Assembly (NCBI GenBank): GCA_048882485.1
Contig: JBHLRP010000034.1
Span: 1 to 33,501, forward strand
DNA: 33,501 nt
Source of the DNA: Candidatus Thorarchaeota archaeon
GTDB taxonomy: Archaea > Asgardarchaeota > Thorarchaeia > Thorarchaeales > Thorarchaeaceae
Direction: 5' to 3'
Under the pieces are notes generated by a model, which saw only the letters and a list, made by a program, of their open reading frames with translations, did no database searches and was not told the origin of the DNA. The stretch's first letter is position 1, and each line of letters starts with the position of its first letter. Shown here in pieces: positions 26,113 to 33,501 of this stretch. Made by a program: the position numbers and the translations under genes.

Positions 26113-27879
26113 ATGAAAACGAATGGTAAGGAGCTTGAAAAAAGGCAGAAACTGCTTGAGAAATTGCAGCATGCTGTAGAGAAGGCTAGGCGTTTATGGA
26201 GAAATGACTCCAATATTATCAGCATCGGCATTGGATCGAAACATCAGGATGGCAAAGTTACGGAGGAACTAGCTATCGTATTTCATGTCCATAAGAAGCT
26301 TAGATCAGAAACTGCAATACACACAATTGGCAGTAGGACAATCCCATCGGAGTTTGAGGGTTTTCCCACAGATGTGAAAGTCTTCGACGCTGTGTCATCT
26401 GGAGGCGCCACGGGTAATAGAGATGAAACAAGATATGACCCGCTCGTCGGTGGTGTGGCAACTAGCAATGCAGAAAATAACATCGTCTGGTTCAACGGAT
26501 ATGGCACTCTCGGCACACTATGCTTTCTAAATGATTCTCCTATGGCTCTATCTAACTGGCACGTGTGGGCAGATGGAGGTGACAAGGGTGATGACATCAT
26601 CCAACCAGGCCATCCCCGAGGTAGTGAGCACCTTGAAGGCTTGGCGAAGGTCGCTTTTTGCGGCCCACTTCTTGGCTCTCTTTTTGAGTGGGAAGCCCCA
26701 TCACCCTTAACTTGGGGTCTGTATGGGGGCGCGGCTGCTGCTGCTATTGCAGCAGCCGCGAGTGATGAGATAGATCCAATGCGTCGTGGGCAGAACGCCA
26801 CTCCAACAGATCCAGGAGAACTCACATTAGAGGAACAAGTAGACATAGTGATTGACTATCTGGATCAGCCCATACCAGGAACACCCTACAAGTTGAAAAC
26901 AGTCTGGGAGTATCAAAGGACAACAGACAAGAAGATTCACACCCACGAGGTCAAGGAGGAATTAGTGAACCCGCATTACTTGACTCTCAAGCGGCTGTGG
27001 AGTGACCAAGGTAAGTACAGACCGGGGAGCAAAATCCGCTTGTACGCCTTGGTTGCTAGTCCCCATTCACGGCCATGCCAATCCTACTACGTTGTAGCAC
27101 ATTCCATCCCTGATAGCAATCCCTCAAAGCTTGTGTCAACCGTACTCAGTCCTGTATCATGCGACTCTTTGCCACTTATTGACGATGGAGAAGACAAGAT
27201 GAAATGTGTTGATTTCTCTCCTGAAAAGCCGAGCACCCTGTTTCCTCATGTTATTCAGCGAGAAGATGTGCGTTTTGAGGTTCCTGCGCAGCTAAAGGAA
27301 GGTAACCGTATTGTTGATTTCTCGGGAGATGGGGCTGGGGAGCTCTTCTTGCACAATGAGCTTATAGCCTATATTCCTCTCTCCACAACAGTAGAAGCAA
27401 CTGTATTCTTTAACCACTCTGGACTCACAATGGACGCATATTACCAAGGACATCTGGTAGATTCAGCTCAGGTGTCTGGCAAAACTGGGCGAACTATGAA
27501 ACTTCTCACAAAATCTCGAGCGATAGACCGCATAGTCTTGAAGGGAGGTCAGTGGGAATCCTCTTTGCTTAGGCTCTGCTATACACCCATCACAATTAAG
27601 AAAGGTCCATCAGGTGAGCTAAACCTACTAGTCCAAGGAAAGAAGAAAGGTATGTACATCTGCTGTTACACTGGCGAGTTAGTTGTTTCCCCCAGCGAAC
27701 AACCAAGCACATGGAAGAACTATCTAATGGTTCAAAACATAAACGACGTCCCCGGAGGCGTTCCACCTGAAGAAGCAGCGACAACAATCGGGGGATTGAT
27801 TGTATCCCAGAATATGGAAGCCCAACTCGCAGGATGCGGAGCAGTAATGGCTGCTGATCACCTGTTTGATATAATTTGA
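26113..27879 (+). CDS. Nal1-type pro-domain, N-terminal part (His) of trypsin-like protease and beta-rich C-terminal domains
   Basis: RBS GGAGG. IGIGSK...AIVFHVHKK...IPSEFEGFPTDV pro-domain, PLVGG, GTLG, LSNWHV (H150), GDDIIQPG. No GDSG motif. Confidence 0.85.
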   Translation: MKTNGKELEKRQKLLEKLQHAVEKARRLWRNDSNIISIGIGSKHQDGKVTEELAIVFHVHKKLRSETAIHTIGSRTIPSEFEGFPTDVKVFDAVSSGGATGNRDETRYDPLVGGVATSNAENNIVWFNGYGTLGTLCFLNDSPMALSNWHVWADGGDKGDDIIQPGHPRGSEHLEGLAKVAFCGPLLGSLFEWEAPSPLTWGLYGGAAAAAIAAAASDEIDPMRRGQNATPTDPGELTLEEQVDIVIDYLDQPIPGTPYKLKTVWEYQRTTDKKIHTHEVKEELVNPHYLTLKRLWSDQGKYRPGSKIRLYALVASPHSRPCQSYYVVAHSIPDSNPSKLVSTVLSPVSCDSLPLIDDGEDKMKCVDFSPEKPSTLFPHVIQREDVRFEVPAQLKEGNRIVDFSGDGAGELFLHNELIAYIPLSTTVEATVFFNHSGLTMDAYYQGHLVDSAQVSGKTGRTMKLLTKSRAIDRIVLKGGQWESSLLRLCYTPITIKKGPSGELNLLVQGKKKGMYICCYTGELVVSPSEQPSTWKNYLMVQNINDVPGGVPPEEAATTIGGLIVSQNMEAQLAGCGAVMAADHLFDII

Positions 27880-28172
27880 CTCCATTAATCGCCTATGCAG
27901 TACTCTTGGAAGGATGGAGTCCATACCTGTTGATTTTGGTCGGTTATGCCTATGTGGCCGCATTCTTCCCTGTCCTGATTGAAAACGGTCTGGGGCGGAT
28001 GATCTCTCACGTTGAAGCAACCGCTGAGGACATTGAAATGATTAGAGAGGCTGAGCGGACTGCAACTCATCATGTGCGCACTTGTTCTGAATGCGGTAGA
28101 GAGATACTGATTCCGAAGGAAGAGAGAGGAGTCACTACATGTCCCAATTGCGGAAAGAGGCAAGTATTGTAG
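27876..28172 (+). CDS. Small membrane-anchored zinc-ribbon protein
   Basis: Hydrophobic N-terminus and CSECG...CPNCG. TTG start overlaps the upstream stop (TTGA). Could be a 3' gene remnant. Confidence 0.55.
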   Translation: MTPLIAYAVLLEGWSPYLLILVGYAYVAAFFPVLIENGLGRMISHVEATAEDIEMIREAERTATHHVRTCSECGREILIPKEERGVTTCPNCGKRQVL

Positions 28173-28228
28173 TCCACAATACTTGTGAGAGTCTTATATG
28201 GTTGCACGAGTACTATGAACGAGCACTC

Positions 28229-28900
28229 ATGGTTATCGTAGCCAAACCGAGAAAGGTAATTGTACGATTACATGATGCGTTCGAAGACATTCGTTTCAGC
28301 TTGGACAAAGATGTCAGGTGGTTCGACAATGCGGTGCCGCATGTCGAGAATTGCTTTGAGTTCCTCCGAAAACGTGCCATGTCAACCCGTGATCTTGTGA
28401 AGCTCTTTGGCTTTCTATGGCCGAACATCGACCCCGAAATGAAGGAGAAGGAGTTCCTACAGCGATTGACGATAATCATAAGGACTAACTATGTGTTCAG
28501 TCTCTCATCCGCTGAGTACTTCCTAAAGAACGTCATCAAGGCGTCAAAGAGTGGTCCACTCGTGGACTGGCTTCAGGAGAAGACTGAAGAGGCAAAGATG
28601 GAGGACAAGATATTCTGGATGTATCTCACCAACATCATGAAGGAGTCCAAGCGAAAGAAGCTGATAACCAAGACGCAACACAAGAACTGGGATGGATTGG
28701 CCCAACTACGCAATGTCATCATACACAACAATGGCGTCTTTGAGAGGAGTAGAGTAATTCGTATCGGAGGAGTCAAGATTACTGCAGAGGCAGGAGAGCA
28801 GATAGACACCAAGCTGATAAACTATCCCAAGTTCATGAGGACCCTCATCAGGTTGACTCGGGCATGGATTGAGAAGTATCTAGTCGACCATGAGTTTTGA
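28229..28900 (+). CDS. HEPN-like protein
   Basis: Helical protein with SAEYFLK and WDGLAQLRNVIIHNNG (Rx4H). ATG 28229 preferred to avoid overlap with the upstream gene. Confidence 0.7.
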   Translation: MVIVAKPRKVIVRLHDAFEDIRFSLDKDVRWFDNAVPHVENCFEFLRKRAMSTRDLVKLFGFLWPNIDPEMKEKEFLQRLTIIIRTNYVFSLSSAEYFLKNVIKASKSGPLVDWLQEKTEEAKMEDKIFWMYLTNIMKESKRKKLITKTQHKNWDGLAQLRNVIIHNNGVFERSRVIRIGGVKITAEAGEQIDTKLINYPKFMRTLIRLTRAWIEKYLVDHEF

Positions 28901-29082
28901 TAGAGTCAGACCCCGCCAGTCCCAGTGCGGAGCGTTCTAGCGGGCAGGCATATGTAAACTGGAGGTCCAAGGGAGAGATAGCATTTGAAAAACTATGACG
29001 CATTGCCGCACTGCATTGATTAATGTGATTGCGATAATAAGTGAAAACCAATGAGGTTGACCTGCACAGGATGAAGACATTC

Positions 29083-29120
29083 GTTACAACTTCTGAACCT
29101 TGACAACTCTAGGTACTGCG
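29083..29120 (-). other. 3' arm of pre-23S processing stem (bulge-helix-bulge)
   Basis: Transcript CGCAGU-ACCU-AGA-GUUGUCAAGG pairs with the arm at 32235-32266. Confidence 0.9.
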
Positions 29121-29135
29121 CGAGCCACCGTTTCT

Positions 29136-32218
<3,083 letters not shown>

Positions 32219-32234
32219 TTACTCTTGTGACCGG

Positions 32235-32266
32235 CACAGTATTACCTGTTGTCAAGGAGTTGTAAC
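32235..32266 (-). other. 5' arm of pre-23S processing stem (bulge-helix-bulge)
   Basis: Transcript GUUACAACU-CCUUGACAAC-AGGU-AAU-ACUGUG gives a 3-nt bulge, 4-bp helix and 3-nt bulge with the 3' arm. Confidence 0.9.
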
Positions 32267-32778
32267 CATCGGTTGATTACGATTGTAACCCTAATCTTTG
32301 GTTGTGTATCAAAATCGAACATACATTTTGTGTACGTATGCCTTCATCCTCTGCAATCTCCACACAACGATTCTCAGTGCACAGCACATCAATGAATCAT
32401 ATGCTTCGACGGTCCTCCATCGGGAATGACTCCATCCTCCGGTCTGGTCCCGATGGGCCTTCCTCCATGCTAACCACGGAGTCCGGACCTCACACGCACA
32501 CACCACTATTTCTGTGGGGTGCGCTCCGTCAGCCGTCATGACTGACGTTTTAAAGCTTGCTGTACGCCGAGGTTCGCCAGAACGGCTCATGGCGACCTTC
32601 TATAGCCGCCAGACAACGCCTTCTCTACTCGACGAAAGCACACTATCTGTCCATCAATCCAAGATAAAGCTTACGCCCGATGCACAGGTTTTGTAGCCGT
32701 CGGGTACAAGTTTCACTCCAACGAATCTTTTATCACATATGACATCTGTAGATTCTCTCTGAGGGCGGCACGACTGCT

Positions 32779-33405
32779 ATGACTACCGATAACATCTACC
32801 AGGACCTATATGGTGTGAGTCCAGGAGTCATAGCTGCGATTATGGGACTCTTCACGCTGTTGACGCCTTATGGTGTTATGCCTGGTTGGTGGTTTCTTGG
32901 TAACGACTCAGTATATCCTGAAGCGAATATTCTATACTCACTTTTTTGGGTGCTTAGCCTCCAATCCACGAACGTGGGGCTTCATAACTTTGTAGCCTAC
33001 AATCCGGCTCTTCTCTGGACAACACTACCCCTCAGTCTGCCCAATGTCATTTTTGCTTTGAGAGTTGTGAGATACTACCAGAATCGAGCTAGTAAAGACG
33101 GTGTGCTGAGATGGGCGCTGATTGCGCTTTTTGCGCCTATGCTCCTTCTGTGCATTGAATTACTATGGATTCTAGAGATACTCTACGAAACTACTGATTA
33201 CATATATTATGGACCAATTCCAATTCAGATTGCAGTGGGACTGTTCATTATGTATCGTATCCGAGCTCCAGAGCTGGCTACTCCGTGGACAGAACCGGAA
33301 AGAGATGAGTCATGGTGGATAGAAGAAGGAATTGAAGAGTCCTGTGTTGGAAAGCTCTTCATCACAATGGAAGAACTTGACGAGATATACAAGATATGGG
33401 ACTGA
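32779..33405 (+). CDS. Hypothetical membrane protein
   Basis: 208 aa with about 5 hydrophobic segments and an acidic, Trp-containing tail. Confidence 0.75.
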   Translation: MTTDNIYQDLYGVSPGVIAAIMGLFTLLTPYGVMPGWWFLGNDSVYPEANILYSLFWVLSLQSTNVGLHNFVAYNPALLWTTLPLSLPNVIFALRVVRYYQNRASKDGVLRWALIALFAPMLLLCIELLWILEILYETTDYIYYGPIPIQIAVGLFIMYRIRAPELATPWTEPERDESWWIEEGIEESCVGKLFITMEELDEIYKIWD

Positions 33406-33501
33406 TCTGTTTGGGATTGACTGTATAGATTCTATCTATCCAGAAAGTGCTTTCTTCTGAATTTCCATCAGTTCTCGAATGCCTTTGGACGCAAGGTCAA
33501 G

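Noticed and set aside
24293-27879. Interpretation as one frameshifted protease gene or two complete proteases
   Set aside because: The halves are in reverse order, each has its own RBS and stop, and neither contains all three catalytic motifs.
28901-29082. 5S rRNA or tRNA downstream of 23S
   Set aside because: No 5S conserved motifs or cloverleaf/T-loop sequence visible.

Overview
Archaeal window, most consistent with an Asgard (Thorarchaeia-like) genome. This is inferred from four roadblock genes with an MglA-like GTPase and a V4R protein, an unlinked 23S rRNA with a bulge-helix-bulge stem, and an expanded H98/ES39 region. Layout: (1) 0.6-11.7 kb is a signalling block: two PAS histidine kinases, a V4R-roadblock-GTPase-roadblock x3-kinase operon and a divergent HTH-6xPAS regulator. 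Most of it lies between two ~0.5-kb direct repeats. (2) 12.4-28.9 kb is a defence-type accessory island (PD-(D/E)xK nucleases, Mrr, two HEPN proteins, HhH glycosylase-like and Sm-like proteins) containing relics of an iRadA/PPB2 (PolB2-associated) operon. (3) 29.1-32.2 kb is a stand-alone 23S rRNA. The best candidate for an undescribed system is at 22.9-28.2 kb: a trypsin-like (Nal1-type) serine protease split across two adjacent genes in permuted order. Asp and Ser lie in the upstream gene and His in the downstream gene, each with a hydrophobic helix at the split point. A divergent gene's C-terminal hydrophobic, Cys-containing tail carries the same '(H/P)SPL..W + helix' motif as both halves. 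All family calls come from motif recognition by eye; no searches were run.
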